Of a DNA stretch of 64,000 nt, positions 45,940 to 54,942 are shown in pieces. Each line of letters begins with the position of its first letter. Positions within the stretch are counted from its first letter, which is position 1. A program made the position numbers and the translations under genes. The DNA is taken from positions 30,558 to 94,557 of the forward strand of contig CANRLG010000001.1 of NCBI GenBank assembly GCA_947631415.1, given 5' to 3'. This DNA comes from an uncultured Clostridia bacterium. Lineage in GTDB: Bacteria; Bacillota; Clostridia; TANB77; CAG-465. The notes below the pieces were generated by a model. That model ran no database searches, had not been told where the DNA came from, and worked only from the letters and a program-made list of their open reading frames with translations.

Positions 45940-47577
45940 ATGATAAAATATGAGGTTTACGAAGGTGTGTTTGACATGGACTTTGCAGATACTTCTGCAG
46001 TTATGATAGATGCCACTGAAAAAGGAAGACTTAGAAATATTATAAACAATATTAATATGTATTCTACTAACATTAAAACTGTTACAGAATTATATACAAA
46101 AGTATTGCAAGATAATAGTGTTTCATACTTTTTACCAAGGATAACACAACAGGATGCGTTTGCTAGACATTTTCCAGAATTATTTGAGTATAATGAATAC
46201 GGAGAAAATTTATTTAATTGTCAACAAAATAATTCAGAGGATAGATATAGCGTTTTTTATCATACTGTTGCAAGTATAGAGAATGCAAATGTCCAAGAGA
46301 TACCTATTTCCGACTGGCAAAAGAAAGTATTAAAATGGACTATGTTTTTACATGATATTGGTAAGCCATCAGTAAAACAAGTAGATATGGATGGTAATGA
46401 AAGTTTTGAAGGATATGATGAAAAATCTGTTCAACTTTCAGCTCGTATTCTTTCAAGATTAGATTTCTCAATGAATGAGAAAAATATAATTTTGAAACTT
46501 ATAAAATATCATAATAAATATACAACAGTAGATGAAGCAACAACAGAAAATTTAACATTTCTTGCACGTGAATTAAATGATGATAAAGAACTATTCTTTT
46601 TACTTTTAAATGTAAAAGATGCAGATATGAAAGCAAAAAGCAACGAGGCATATAACGAATTTAAACTGGTAAAAGACAAGTATTATGAATTTATAGATAA
46701 ATATTTTGACCAAGGGGCAAGAAAGAAAATTGAAATAAAAAGTTCAACTACTGAGGGAACTGCAGTTGAAAATGAGCAAGAAGCACCAAATGATAAAGAT
46801 GAGAAAATTACTTCAAAAGACATAAAAGAAATTATTGATGAAATAATAACAAAGAAAAATGTTAAAATTAGATATCAACCAATAATTGATTTAAAAACAC
46901 AAAATGTATATGCTTATGAAGTTTTAACTCAAGTAAATACAACTAAAAAGATTAAAATAGACAAGTTACTTGAAGTTGCAAAAGACTTTAATGATTATGA
47001 TAAATTGCAACAAGTTTTATTCACAAATGCTATTGAAAAATTTGAAGGTGTAGTAAATAGAGAGTCAAATATGGTAATGGCAAATATAGATTATGAAAGT
47101 TATATTCATTATGTGAATAAACCAAGAATTTATGATATGATGTCTAGAAATAAAGTCGTTATTGAATTTAAGAATTACGAAAATAAAGATTTAACCGAAC
47201 TTCAAGAGAATATTCAAACAATACACATGAAAGGTGGAAAAGTAGCTTTAGATGACTTTAGATTAGATAAATTAACAATAGAGGATATGAGTTACTTAGA
47301 TATAGATTATATAATACCTGATATGACATACATTAAAAATATAAGTAGAGATTTTGAAAAACAAAAATATATAAATAGTTTAATAACATATACAATTTCT
47401 AAAGATATAAACTTAATTGCCGTAGGTGTAGAAGATAAGAAAATCTTAGACACACTAAAACTTGTTGGAGCAAGACTCGTACAAGGTTACTATTTTGGTA
47501 AACCACTTCCTGAAATTAATATGATTAATGATGATGTATATAATTTGTTAAACTCAGAAGAAGACCAATCAATATAG
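45940..47577 (+). CDS. HD-domain protein fused to a degenerate EAL domain
   Basis: N-terminal HD motif: FYHT ... FLHDIGKP ... YHNKY. C-terminal EAL fold: YQPIIDL, YEVLTQ, ALDDFRLD, AVGVED, VQGYYFGKP. Confidence 0.7.
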   Translation: MIKYEVYEGVFDMDFADTSAVMIDATEKGRLRNIINNINMYSTNIKTVTELYTKVLQDNSVSYFLPRITQQDAFARHFPELFEYNEYGENLFNCQQNNSEDRYSVFYHTVASIENANVQEIPISDWQKKVLKWTMFLHDIGKPSVKQVDMDGNESFEGYDEKSVQLSARILSRLDFSMNEKNIILKLIKYHNKYTTVDEATTENLTFLARELNDDKELFFLLLNVKDADMKAKSNEAYNEFKLVKDKYYEFIDKYFDQGARKKIEIKSSTTEGTAVENEQEAPNDKDEKITSKDIKEIIDEIITKKNVKIRYQPIIDLKTQNVYAYEVLTQVNTTKKIKIDKLLEVAKDFNDYDKLQQVLFTNAIEKFEGVVNRESNMVMANIDYESYIHYVNKPRIYDMMSRNKVVIEFKNYENKDLTELQENIQTIHMKGGKVALDDFRLDKLTIEDMSYLDIDYIIPDMTYIKNISRDFEKQKYINSLITYTISKDINLIAVGVEDKKILDTLKLVGARLVQGYYFGKPLPEINMINDDVYNLLNSEEDQSI

Positions 47578-47585
47578 AAAAAAGA

Positions 47586-47616
47586 GCTAAGAAAAGTTTA
47601 TTTTCTTGGCTTTTTT
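47586..47616 (+). terminator. intrinsic terminator
   Basis: GCTAAGAAAA-gttta-TTTTCTTGGC followed by T6. Confidence 0.7.
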
Positions 47617-47645
47617 AAATCTTGAAAAAATTTTTTAAAAAGTTA

Positions 47646-47674
47646 TTGACAAAGCAAAAAGTAGATAGTATAAT
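47646..47674 (+). promoter_or_regulatory. sigma-A consensus promoter of recA
   Basis: TTGACA, 17-nt spacer, TATAAT. Confidence 0.65.
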
Positions 47675-47679
47675 AAATA

Positions 47680-47693
47680 CGAACAAACGTTCT
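47680..47693 (+). promoter_or_regulatory. LexA (DinR) operator / Cheo box
   Basis: CGAACAAACGTTCT matches the Gram-positive SOS box CGAAC-N4-GTTCG at 11 of its 12 conserved positions, 6 nt downstream of the -10. Confidence 0.7.
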
Positions 47694-47717
47694 AAGATAT
47701 GTAAGGGGGAGAAAAAT

Positions 47718-48776
47718 ATGATATCTGAAGAAAGAAAAAAAGCATTAGACATAGCAATGGCGCAGATTGAAAAAAATTTTGGTAAAGGTGCAGTTATGAA
47801 ATTAGGAGAAGTTGGAGATGTAAGTATTGATACTATACCATCTGGTTCTCTAAGTTTGGATATTGCACTTGGAATAGGTGGTTTTCCTAGAGGAAGAATA
47901 GTTGAAATATTTGGACCTGAATCTTCAGGAAAAACGACAGTTGCTTTACATGCAATAGCAGAGGCACAAAAACTAGGAGGAATTGCTGCATTTATTGATG
48001 CAGAACACGCATTAGACCCTGTATATGCTAGAAATTTAGGTGTTGATGTAGACAACTTAATTGTTGCACAACCAGATACAGGAGAACAGGCATTAGAAAT
48101 TGCAGAACAATTAGTTAGAAGTGGTGCAGTAGATATTATAACTATTGACTCTGTTGCTGCACTTGTTCCAAAAGCTGAAATAGATGGTGAAATGGGAGAT
48201 TCTCATGTTGGTCTACAAGCAAGACTTATGTCTCAAGCATTAAGAAAATTGACAGGTGTATTAAATAAATCTAATACTGTGGCAATATTTATTAACCAAT
48301 TACGTGAAAAAGTAGGTATTTTATTTGGAAACCCTGAAACAACTCCAGGTGGTAGAGCTTTAAAATTCTATGCATCAGTAAGACTTGATGTTAGAAAACA
48401 AGAGGCTATAAAGGTAAATGGAGAAGTAGTTGGAACTAGAACTAAAGTAAAAGTAGTAAAAAATAAAGTAGCACCTCCATTTAGAGAAGCTGTTTTTGAT
48501 ATTATGTATGGAAAAGGAATTTCTAATGAGGGATGTATACTAGACCTTGCTGCAGATATGGATATAATAGAAAAGAGTGGAGCTTGGTATGCATATAATG
48601 GTCAAAAAATTGGTCAAGGTAGAGAAAATGCTAAACAATACCTATTAGATAATCCAGAAATTATGAAGGAAGTAGAAAACAAAGTAAGAGATAACTTTAA
48701 TCTAGCTTTTGAAAAAAGTATGAACGGAGATATTTCAGAAGAAAATGATGAAAGTTTTGAAGAAATAGAAGAATAA
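47718..48776 (+). CDS. recA: recombinase RecA
   Basis: GPESSGKTT Walker [26 protein letters not shown] before ATG 47718. The track's upstream start covers the promoter. Confidence 0.95.
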   Translation: MISEERKKALDIAMAQIEKNFGKGAVMKLGEVGDVSIDTIPSGSLSLDIALGIGGFPRGRIVEIFGPESSGKTTVALHAIAEAQKLGGIAAFIDAEHALDPVYARNLGVDVDNLIVAQPDTGEQALEIAEQLVRSGAVDIITIDSVAALVPKAEIDGEMGDSHVGLQARLMSQALRKLTGVLNKSNTVAIFINQLREKVGILFGNPETTPGGRALKFYASVRLDVRKQEAIKVNGEVVGTRTKVKVVKNKVAPPFREAVFDIMYGKGISNEGCILDLAADMDIIEKSGAWYAYNGQKIGQGRENAKQYLLDNPEIMKEVENKVRDNFNLAFEKSMNGDISEENDESFEEIEE

Positions 48777-48786
48777 AAAAATAAAG

Positions 48787-48818
48787 ACAACTTGGAATTA
48801 TGTTCTAAGTTGTTTTTT
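48787..48818 (+). terminator. intrinsic terminator of recA
   Basis: ACAACTTGGAA-ttatg-TTCTAAGTTGT followed by T6. Confidence 0.75.
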
Positions 48819-48843
48819 ATAGATTTTAATTATTAATAATATA

Positions 48844-48871
48844 TTGAAATATTTAATAATTTTAGTATAAA
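48844..48871 (+). promoter_or_regulatory. possible sigma-A-type promoter
   Basis: TTGAAA, 16-nt spacer, TATAAA. Confidence 0.35.
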
Positions 48872-48894
48872 ATATAAACATATTAAGAGGTGAT

Positions 48895-49950
48895 ATGATG
48901 GATGTATTAGACCATAAATGTCCAGGATGTGGAGCTATGTTACCATTTAATCCTGCAACACAAAAATGGGATTGTCAATATTGTGGAACTTCATATACTT
49001 TAGAGCAATTAACTGAATTTGAAGCTAAACAAAAAAAAGCATACCAAGAAAATACTAAATCTGAAGAAACAATGAGTGCAGATTTATACAAATGCCCAAA
49101 CTGTGGTGCTGAGGTAATAACAGATGAAAACACTAGTGCTACATTTTGTGTGTATTGCGGAAGTACAAATATAATAAAGGATAGATTAGTAAAAGGGTTA
49201 AAACCTACATATATTATTCCGTTTAAAAAGACTAAAGAACAAGCTTTAGATGCTTTTAGAATATTTAGAAAAGGAAAAATATTTGCTCCAAAAGATTTTA
49301 GTAATCCAGAGAATATAAAGAAAATAACAGGAGTATATATACCATTTTGGCTTTATGATGCACATACTAGTGGTACAGCTACTTTTAATGCCACTAAAGT
49401 TAAGCATTGGAGAAGTGGAGATTATAACTATACACAGACTGATAGATATAGTGTAATTAGAAGTGGACAAATGGATTTTCAGAAAGTTCCAGTTGATGGC
49501 TCAACTAAGTTTGATGATAATACTATGGACTCTATTGAACCATTTAAGTATGAAGAATTAAAACCATTTAATATGTCATATTTATCTGGTTTCTTATCTG
49601 AAAAATATGATGTAGGTCAAGAGGAAGCATATAACAGAGCAAAACTTAGAATGGATAATTCTACAGTAGATGAATTTAAGTCTACGGTACTTGGATATTC
49701 ATCTGTTACATTAGAAAGTGAAGCAATAGAAATTAGGGAAAATAATGCTCAATATGTATTACTTCCTGTATGGATGTTAAATATTACATACAAGGACAAT
49801 GTATATCTATTTGCTTTAAATGGACAAACAGGAAAAATGGTTGGTGACATACCAATAGATAAGAAAAAGAGACTATTATATGGAACATTATGCTTTTTTG
49901 CTTCATTTTTGGTGTGTACACTAATTTCAATGATATTATCAATAATGTAG
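48895..49950 (+). CDS. double zinc-ribbon protein with a C-terminal TM (YdjG-like)
   Basis: CPGCG...CQYCG and CPNCG...CVYCG ribbons. C-terminal hydrophobic segment LLYGTLCFFASFLVCTLISMILSI. Confidence 0.55.
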   Translation: MMDVLDHKCPGCGAMLPFNPATQKWDCQYCGTSYTLEQLTEFEAKQKKAYQENTKSEETMSADLYKCPNCGAEVITDENTSATFCVYCGSTNIIKDRLVKGLKPTYIIPFKKTKEQALDAFRIFRKGKIFAPKDFSNPENIKKITGVYIPFWLYDAHTSGTATFNATKVKHWRSGDYNYTQTDRYSVIRSGQMDFQKVPVDGSTKFDDNTMDSIEPFKYEELKPFNMSYLSGFLSEKYDVGQEEAYNRAKLRMDNSTVDEFKSTVLGYSSVTLESEAIEIRENNAQYVLLPVWMLNITYKDNVYLFALNGQTGKMVGDIPIDKKKRLLYGTLCFFASFLVCTLISMILSIM

Positions 49951-49963
49951 GAGGAAAGAAAAG

Positions 49964-50935
49964 ATGATTAAAAGATTAAATAAAATAATGGCATTCTTCT
50001 TTTCTTTCGTAATAATTAGTTATAGCGTTTTTGCATCAACTGATACATATACTAGGGATAAAGAAGATAATTATGGAGTAGACCCTTCACATTATGAAAT
50101 AACTAGTCGCAATGAAAAGAATGTAATGAATACTCCATATATAGATAATACAGAAAAAGTTTATGATTTTGCTGAATTATTAACAGATTCTGAAGAAAAA
50201 GAACTTGTAAATCTTATAGATGATTATATAGAAGAATATAATATGGATATGGCTATTGTAACTACAAATGATACAGATTTTAGAAATAGTCAAGAATATG
50301 CAGATGATTTTTATGATTATAACAATTTTGGAATAGGTTCTACATGGGATGGACTATTATTCTTAATAGACATGGATAATAGGCAGATGTATATTACTAC
50401 AACTGGTGAAGCAATACGTATATATAATGACAACAGAATAAATTCTATACTAGATAGAACTTATACATATATTGCAAAACAAGATTATTATAATTGCGCA
50501 AAATCATTTGTAACAGCTGCAACAAGTTACGCAAAAAGTGGAATACCAAAGGAAAATACTAATTCACATATAAATAGCAGTACAGGAAATATTGTATATG
50601 ATGATGTGGGTAGTTTAGTAAGAGCACTCGTAAATTTAGGACACTCAATGTTATTTGGTGCAATTGCAGGAGGAATTATTACCCTTATATTCATATTAGT
50701 TGCAAATTCTAAACATAAAGTAGTAAGAAAAGCAACACAAGCAAAACAATATCTTGTAAATGGTTCAGTTAGTTATAGTGCAAAGGAAGATAGATTTATC
50801 TCTACACATACTACTAGAGTGTATGACCCACCATCATCATCTTCTTCAAGTTCTTCATCTAGTAGTGGTGGACATTCTTCAACACATAGCTCAAGTAGTG
50901 GAGGCTCACACGGTGGTGGCGGAAGGAGTTTCTAA
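49964..50935 (+). CDS. TPM-domain membrane protein (YgcG/YdjH-like) with a Ser/Gly-rich tail
   Basis: Signal sequence. TPM-like core (VYDFAELLTDSEEKEL...MAIVTT...GLLFLIDMDNRQMYITTTG). TM. Tail S11-GGHSSTHSSSSGGSHGGGGRSF. Confidence 0.65.
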   Translation: MIKRLNKIMAFFFSFVIISYSVFASTDTYTRDKEDNYGVDPSHYEITSRNEKNVMNTPYIDNTEKVYDFAELLTDSEEKELVNLIDDYIEEYNMDMAIVTTNDTDFRNSQEYADDFYDYNNFGIGSTWDGLLFLIDMDNRQMYITTTGEAIRIYNDNRINSILDRTYTYIAKQDYYNCAKSFVTAATSYAKSGIPKENTNSHINSSTGNIVYDDVGSLVRALVNLGHSMLFGAIAGGIITLIFILVANSKHKVVRKATQAKQYLVNGSVSYSAKEDRFISTHTTRVYDPPSSSSSSSSSSSGGHSSTHSSSSGGSHGGGGRSF

Positions 50936-50938
50936 TAA

Positions 50939-51361
50939 ATGAATTTTGAAGAAGCAAAAGAAAAAGCAGTAAAATATCTTGTATTACAACTTAGAACCGA
51001 AGCAGAAGTAAAGCAAAAACTAAAAAAGTTAAATGTTGAAGATGAAATAATATCACAAGTTACTTCGTACTTAAAATCTATAGGATATATAGACGATAAC
51101 AAATATGTAGAAGCATATTTAAGACAATGTGTAAATATACCTAAGTATTCTGTATTTGAGATAAAGATGAAATTAAAACAAAAAGGAATACACAAGGAAA
51201 TAATAGAAAAAAAATTAGAAGAATTTAATACAAAAGAGTATGAAAGTAAGTTAATTGAAAAACTTAAAAACGGAAAGCTTAAAAATATGGAAGAAATTAA
51301 ACAACGTGCATACTTGTATAGGAGAGGATTTAAAATAGAAAAGGATATATATTTAGATTAG
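50939..51361 (+). CDS. recX: RecA regulator RecX (short form)
   Basis: AVKYLVLQLRTEAEVKQKL ... SIGYIDDNKYVEAYLRQ is the RecX repeat pattern. It starts 3 nt after the TPM gene stop. Confidence 0.7.
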   Translation: MNFEEAKEKAVKYLVLQLRTEAEVKQKLKKLNVEDEIISQVTSYLKSIGYIDDNKYVEAYLRQCVNIPKYSVFEIKMKLKQKGIHKEIIEKKLEEFNTKEYESKLIEKLKNGKLKNMEEIKQRAYLYRRGFKIEKDIYLD

Positions 51362-51387
51362 GGTGCTATTTTTAGCACCTTTCTTGC
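51362..51387 (+). terminator. probable intrinsic terminator
   Basis: GGTGCTA-tttt-TAGCACC followed by TTTCTT. Confidence 0.5.
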
Positions 51388-51441
51388 ATAAAAAAATTAA
51401 ATAGTATATAATGTGTTTGAAAAAAGTTAAGGAGGTAATAT

Positions 51442-52185
51442 ATGAAGATAAATGTACCAACACCACATAATGAAGCAAAAATGGGAGATATAGCAAAGAC
51501 TGTGTTAATGCCTGGTGACCCATTAAGAGCTAAATATATAGCAGAAAACTTTTTAGAAGATGCTAAATTATACAATAACGTAAGAGGAATGCTTGGTTAT
51601 ACAGGTACATATAAGGGAGTAAAAGTATCTGTTCAAGGAAGTGGAATGGGAGTACCATCTATTGCTATATATTCAATGGAACTATTTGCAGGTTATGATG
51701 TGGACAATATAATTCGTGTTGGAAGTGCTGGTTCTATGGATAATGATGAAGCAAGTGATATAGCAAAAACTGTAGAACTTGGAGATGTAATAGTAGCGCT
51801 TGATGCTGAAACAGACTCAAACTATGCTATTGCAAATAGATTTAATTATGAGCCTAAAGCATCAGATAAAATATTAAACATCGCAAAAGAAGTAGCAAAA
51901 GACACAGTAAAATTTGGAACTATTTATACCTCAGATTCTTTTTATATGGATAGTGATATATTAAAAGAGATATCTCAAACAAACTGTTTAGCAGTAGAAA
52001 TGGAAACTTTTGCATTATATATGAATGCTAAAGCTACAGGTAAAAATGCTCTTGGAATATTTACAGTTACAGATAAACCACTAAAAGCACAAGGAATTTC
52101 AAGTGAGCAAAGACAAACTGGACTAAATGATATGATTACTCTTGCACTAGATATTGCAGTAGAGTTAGATAAGGAAAAGGAATAA
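51442..52185 (+). CDS. deoD: purine nucleoside phosphorylase, DeoD type
   Basis: TPHNEAKMGDIAKTVLMPGDPLRAKYIAENFLEDAKLYNNVRGMLGYTGTYKG is near-identical in pattern to E. coli DeoD. Confidence 0.9.
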   Translation: MKINVPTPHNEAKMGDIAKTVLMPGDPLRAKYIAENFLEDAKLYNNVRGMLGYTGTYKGVKVSVQGSGMGVPSIAIYSMELFAGYDVDNIIRVGSAGSMDNDEASDIAKTVELGDVIVALDAETDSNYAIANRFNYEPKASDKILNIAKEVAKDTVKFGTIYTSDSFYMDSDILKEISQTNCLAVEMETFALYMNAKATGKNALGIFTVTDKPLKAQGISSEQRQTGLNDMITLALDIAVELDKEKE

Positions 52186-52970
52186 TGGCTATAGAGAGAA
52201 TAGAAGATTTTAAATTTAACATACAAAATTTTGAAGGACCTTTAGATTTGTTGTTATATTTAATATCTAAGAATAAAAAAGATATATTTGAGATATCACT
52301 AAATGAATTAACAGATGAGTATATTGCATACCTTCAAGAAATGAATGAGAATAATATAGAAGTAGCATCAGAATTTGTAGTAATGGCATCTACACTTCTA
52401 GATATTAAAGCTCGTAAATTATTACCTCAACTTGAAGAAGAAACAGAGGAAGAAACTGTTTCAGAAGAAGAACTTCTTAGAAGACTTAATTTATACAAAA
52501 TGTATAAAGAGGCTTCTGAAAAAATAAATGAAATGTATAGAGAAAATTTTGGATATTTTTCTAAAACATTTGAAAAAATTAAGTTTAATAGAAAAAAGGA
52601 GTATACAGGAGAAAAGTTTAATAAAAATCAGATATTAGATATATATTCACAAATACTACTTAGAAATAAAAATAAAGTAAATAAACAAGCAAAAGAAATT
52701 GAAAAAATTGCAGTTTATGAAAAATATACAGTTCAAGATAAAGTAAGACAGATAGTAAATTATTTAAAAGAAAACAAAAATATGGTGTTTAATACTGTTT
52801 TCAATAATACTTGCGAGAACTTAGAAATAGTTACTGCTTTTTTAGGTGTTCTTGAACTAAGTAAAATGAAACAAGTAGATTTGGAACAAAAGTATCTTTT
52901 TTCAGATATAAACGTTACTAGATTAAATGATGATATTATAGATATTGATACATCTAAAATGAATTATTAA
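52185..52970 (+). CDS. scpA: segregation and condensation protein A (kleisin)
   Basis: FEGPLDLLLYLISKNKKDIFEISLNELTDEYIAYL. TAATG overlap with the deoD stop. Confidence 0.85.
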   Translation: MAIERIEDFKFNIQNFEGPLDLLLYLISKNKKDIFEISLNELTDEYIAYLQEMNENNIEVASEFVVMASTLLDIKARKLLPQLEEETEEETVSEEELLRRLNLYKMYKEASEKINEMYRENFGYFSKTFEKIKFNRKKEYTGEKFNKNQILDIYSQILLRNKNKVNKQAKEIEKIAVYEKYTVQDKVRQIVNYLKENKNMVFNTVFNNTCENLEIVTAFLGVLELSKMKQVDLEQKYLFSDINVTRLNDDIIDIDTSKMNY

Positions 52971-53000
52971 TACAGGTTATTTTCTACCTGTATTTTTTTA
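52971..53000 (+). terminator. intrinsic terminator directly after scpA
   Basis: TACAGGT ... ACCTGTA followed by T7. Confidence 0.65.
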
Positions 53001-53046
53001 TACATAAAACTAAGCATATTGCATATATAATTATGGGAGGGGTGAT

Positions 53047-53298
53047 ATGTTAAAAAGTATTGGTGAAAATATAATAGTGAATACTGTTAAAAATAATGAA
53101 TACGAAAGAAATGGAATTATAGTTAAAACAAATAGCTACTCAAATTTAATAGGAAATGTAGTAAGTGTTGGTCATTTAGTCAAAGAAATTAAAAATGGAG
53201 ATAAAATATTATACAACGAAAATAATTCTAAAAAAATTTTATACGAAAATTCAGAATATTTTGTATTGAATGAAAAAGATGTACTTGCTGTTATATGA
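53047..53298 (+). CDS. groES: divergent, shortened GroES-like co-chaperonin (83 aa)
   Basis: The ends match GroES (MLKSIGENIIV ... NGDKILY ... EYFVLNEKDVLAVI). About 11 aa are missing where the roof hairpin lies. GGGAGGGG SD. 8 nt upstream of groEL. Confidence 0.6.
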   Translation: MLKSIGENIIVNTVKNNEYERNGIIVKTNSYSNLIGNVVSVGHLVKEIKNGDKILYNENNSKKILYENSEYFVLNEKDVLAVI

Positions 53299-53306
53299 GG
53301 TGAATT

Positions 53307-54893
53307 ATGAAAAAGAAAATAGTATATGCAAATGATGCAAAGTTAAAAATTTTAAATGGAATTGAAAAATTGTACAAGGCCGTTGGAATTACCTTAGGGC
53401 CAAAAGGTAAAAATGTAGCTATACAGTCTGGGTACAATGCACCAACTATAATTAATGATGGTGTAAGTATAGCAAAAGAAGTAGAACTTGAAGATGAAAT
53501 AGAAAATTTAGGTGCTCAAATTATTAAAGAGGCTTCTCAAAAAACAAATGATATTGCAGGAGATGGAACAACTACAGCAACAGTTCTTGCATATAATATG
53601 GTAAAAAGTGGAATGAGAAGTATAATGTCTGGAGCTAATCCTATTGAAATTAGAAAGGGTATGTTACTTGCAGGAGAAGAATGTGAAAAAATAATACAAG
53701 AAATTTCTCAAACTATTGAAAATGATGAACAGATAAGAGAAATAGCTACAATTTCTGCTGGAGATAGAAAAGTGGGAGATTTAATTACTAGTGCAATAGA
53801 AAATGTTGGTAGAGATGGCATAATAACTATAGATGAATCTAAGACAAGTGAAACAAGACTTAATATAGTGGAAGGATTAAAGATAAATAGTGGATATATT
53901 TCATCATATATGATGGATGGAGATGAGGAAAAGGAAGAAGTGGAAAATCCATACATTCTAGTTTCAAATTTGAAAATACGAAGTGTAAATGAGATTTTAC
54001 CTTTACTAGAAAAAATATCTAAATCTAATAGACCACTAATTATGATTGTAGATGATATTGAAGGAGAGGCTCTTGGAACTATTTTAATAAATAAGATGAG
54101 AGGAATATTTAACTGTATTGCTATGAAAGCTCCTTCATTTGGACAGAGAAGAAAAGAAATATTAGAAGATATAGCTATTAGTGTTGGAACTAGATTAATA
54201 TCTGAAGATGCTATGCAGACTATAGAAAATATTGAGCTTGAAGAACTTGGAACTGCCAAAAAAGTAAAAGTAGATAAAAAATCTACAATTATAATTAAAA
54301 ATGAAGAAAAAAATACAGATAAAGTAAATGAAAAAATAGAGAAAATTAGAAATAAGATTAAAGAAGAAAATGATAGTGAAGAAATACACTTCTTAAAAAA
54401 TAGGCTCTCTATGCTTTTAGGAAAAGTAGCTGTAATTGAAGTGGGAGCAACAACTCAAACAGAGTTAAATGAAAGAAAGTTAAGAATTGAGGATGCTCTT
54501 TCAGCAACACAAGCAGGTCTTGAAGAAGGAATAGTTTTAGGTGGTGGTAAAGCCTATATGCAAGTTTTATCTAAAGTAAATAATAAGTTTAATAACTACA
54601 CTTCGGATATAAAAATTGGGATAGATATAGTAAAAGAAGCCTTAGAAAAACCACTTTGGCAAATAGCAAATAATTCTGGAGAAAATGGAGATATAATAGT
54701 TGAAAAAGTAAAAGATATGAGTGAAGAAGTAGGGTATGATGCTATAAATAATTCTTTTGTTAATATGAAAGAAAATGGTATTATTGACCCTACTAAAGTT
54801 ACAAGAACCGCTCTAAAAAATGCAATCTCTATTGCTTCCATGATAATTACTACAGATGCAGTTATCTGTGATGTTATACAAGAAAAAAATTAA
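53307..54893 (+). CDS. groEL: GroEL-family chaperonin lacking the C-terminal Gly-Met tail
   Basis: TLGPKGKNV, AGDGTTTATVLA, IEDALSATQAGLEEGIVLGGG, GIIDPTKVTR. Ends ...CDVIQEKN. Confidence 0.85.
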   Translation: MKKKIVYANDAKLKILNGIEKLYKAVGITLGPKGKNVAIQSGYNAPTIINDGVSIAKEVELEDEIENLGAQIIKEASQKTNDIAGDGTTTATVLAYNMVKSGMRSIMSGANPIEIRKGMLLAGEECEKIIQEISQTIENDEQIREIATISAGDRKVGDLITSAIENVGRDGIITIDESKTSETRLNIVEGLKINSGYISSYMMDGDEEKEEVENPYILVSNLKIRSVNEILPLLEKISKSNRPLIMIVDDIEGEALGTILINKMRGIFNCIAMKAPSFGQRRKEILEDIAISVGTRLISEDAMQTIENIELEELGTAKKVKVDKKSTIIIKNEEKNTDKVNEKIEKIRNKIKEENDSEEIHFLKNRLSMLLGKVAVIEVGATTQTELNERKLRIEDALSATQAGLEEGIVLGGGKAYMQVLSKVNNKFNNYTSDIKIGIDIVKEALEKPLWQIANNSGENGDIIVEKVKDMSEEVGYDAINNSFVNMKENGIIDPTKVTRTALKNAISIASMIITTDAVICDVIQEKN

Positions 54894-54930
54894 AAAAAAA
54901 CAGACCAAGAAGTTTAATTCTTGGTCATTT
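54892..54930. terminator. bidirectional intrinsic terminator
   Basis: A9 + GACCAAGAA-gtttaa-TTCTTGGTC + ATTTAT. Confidence 0.6.
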
Positions 54931-54942
54931 ATATGCTATATA

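Noticed and set aside
47615-48055. 146-aa minus-strand ORF
   Set aside because: It is antisense to the highly conserved 5' part of recA and its promoter. This is a typical shadow ORF. The same applies to other minus-strand ORFs in the track:
- 53708..54259 (groEL)
- 24971..25396 (adk)
- 29592..29972 (rplQ)
- 33570..33953 (xerD)
- 36126..36419 (hslO)
- 37944..38297 (rluB)
- 11058..11396 and the other ORFs inside polC
50834-50866. Run of eleven Ser codons in the TPM protein as a slippage-prone repeat
   Set aside because: The codons are mixed (tca, tct, agt), so there is no perfect nucleotide repeat. Ser/Gly-rich tails are normal for this family.
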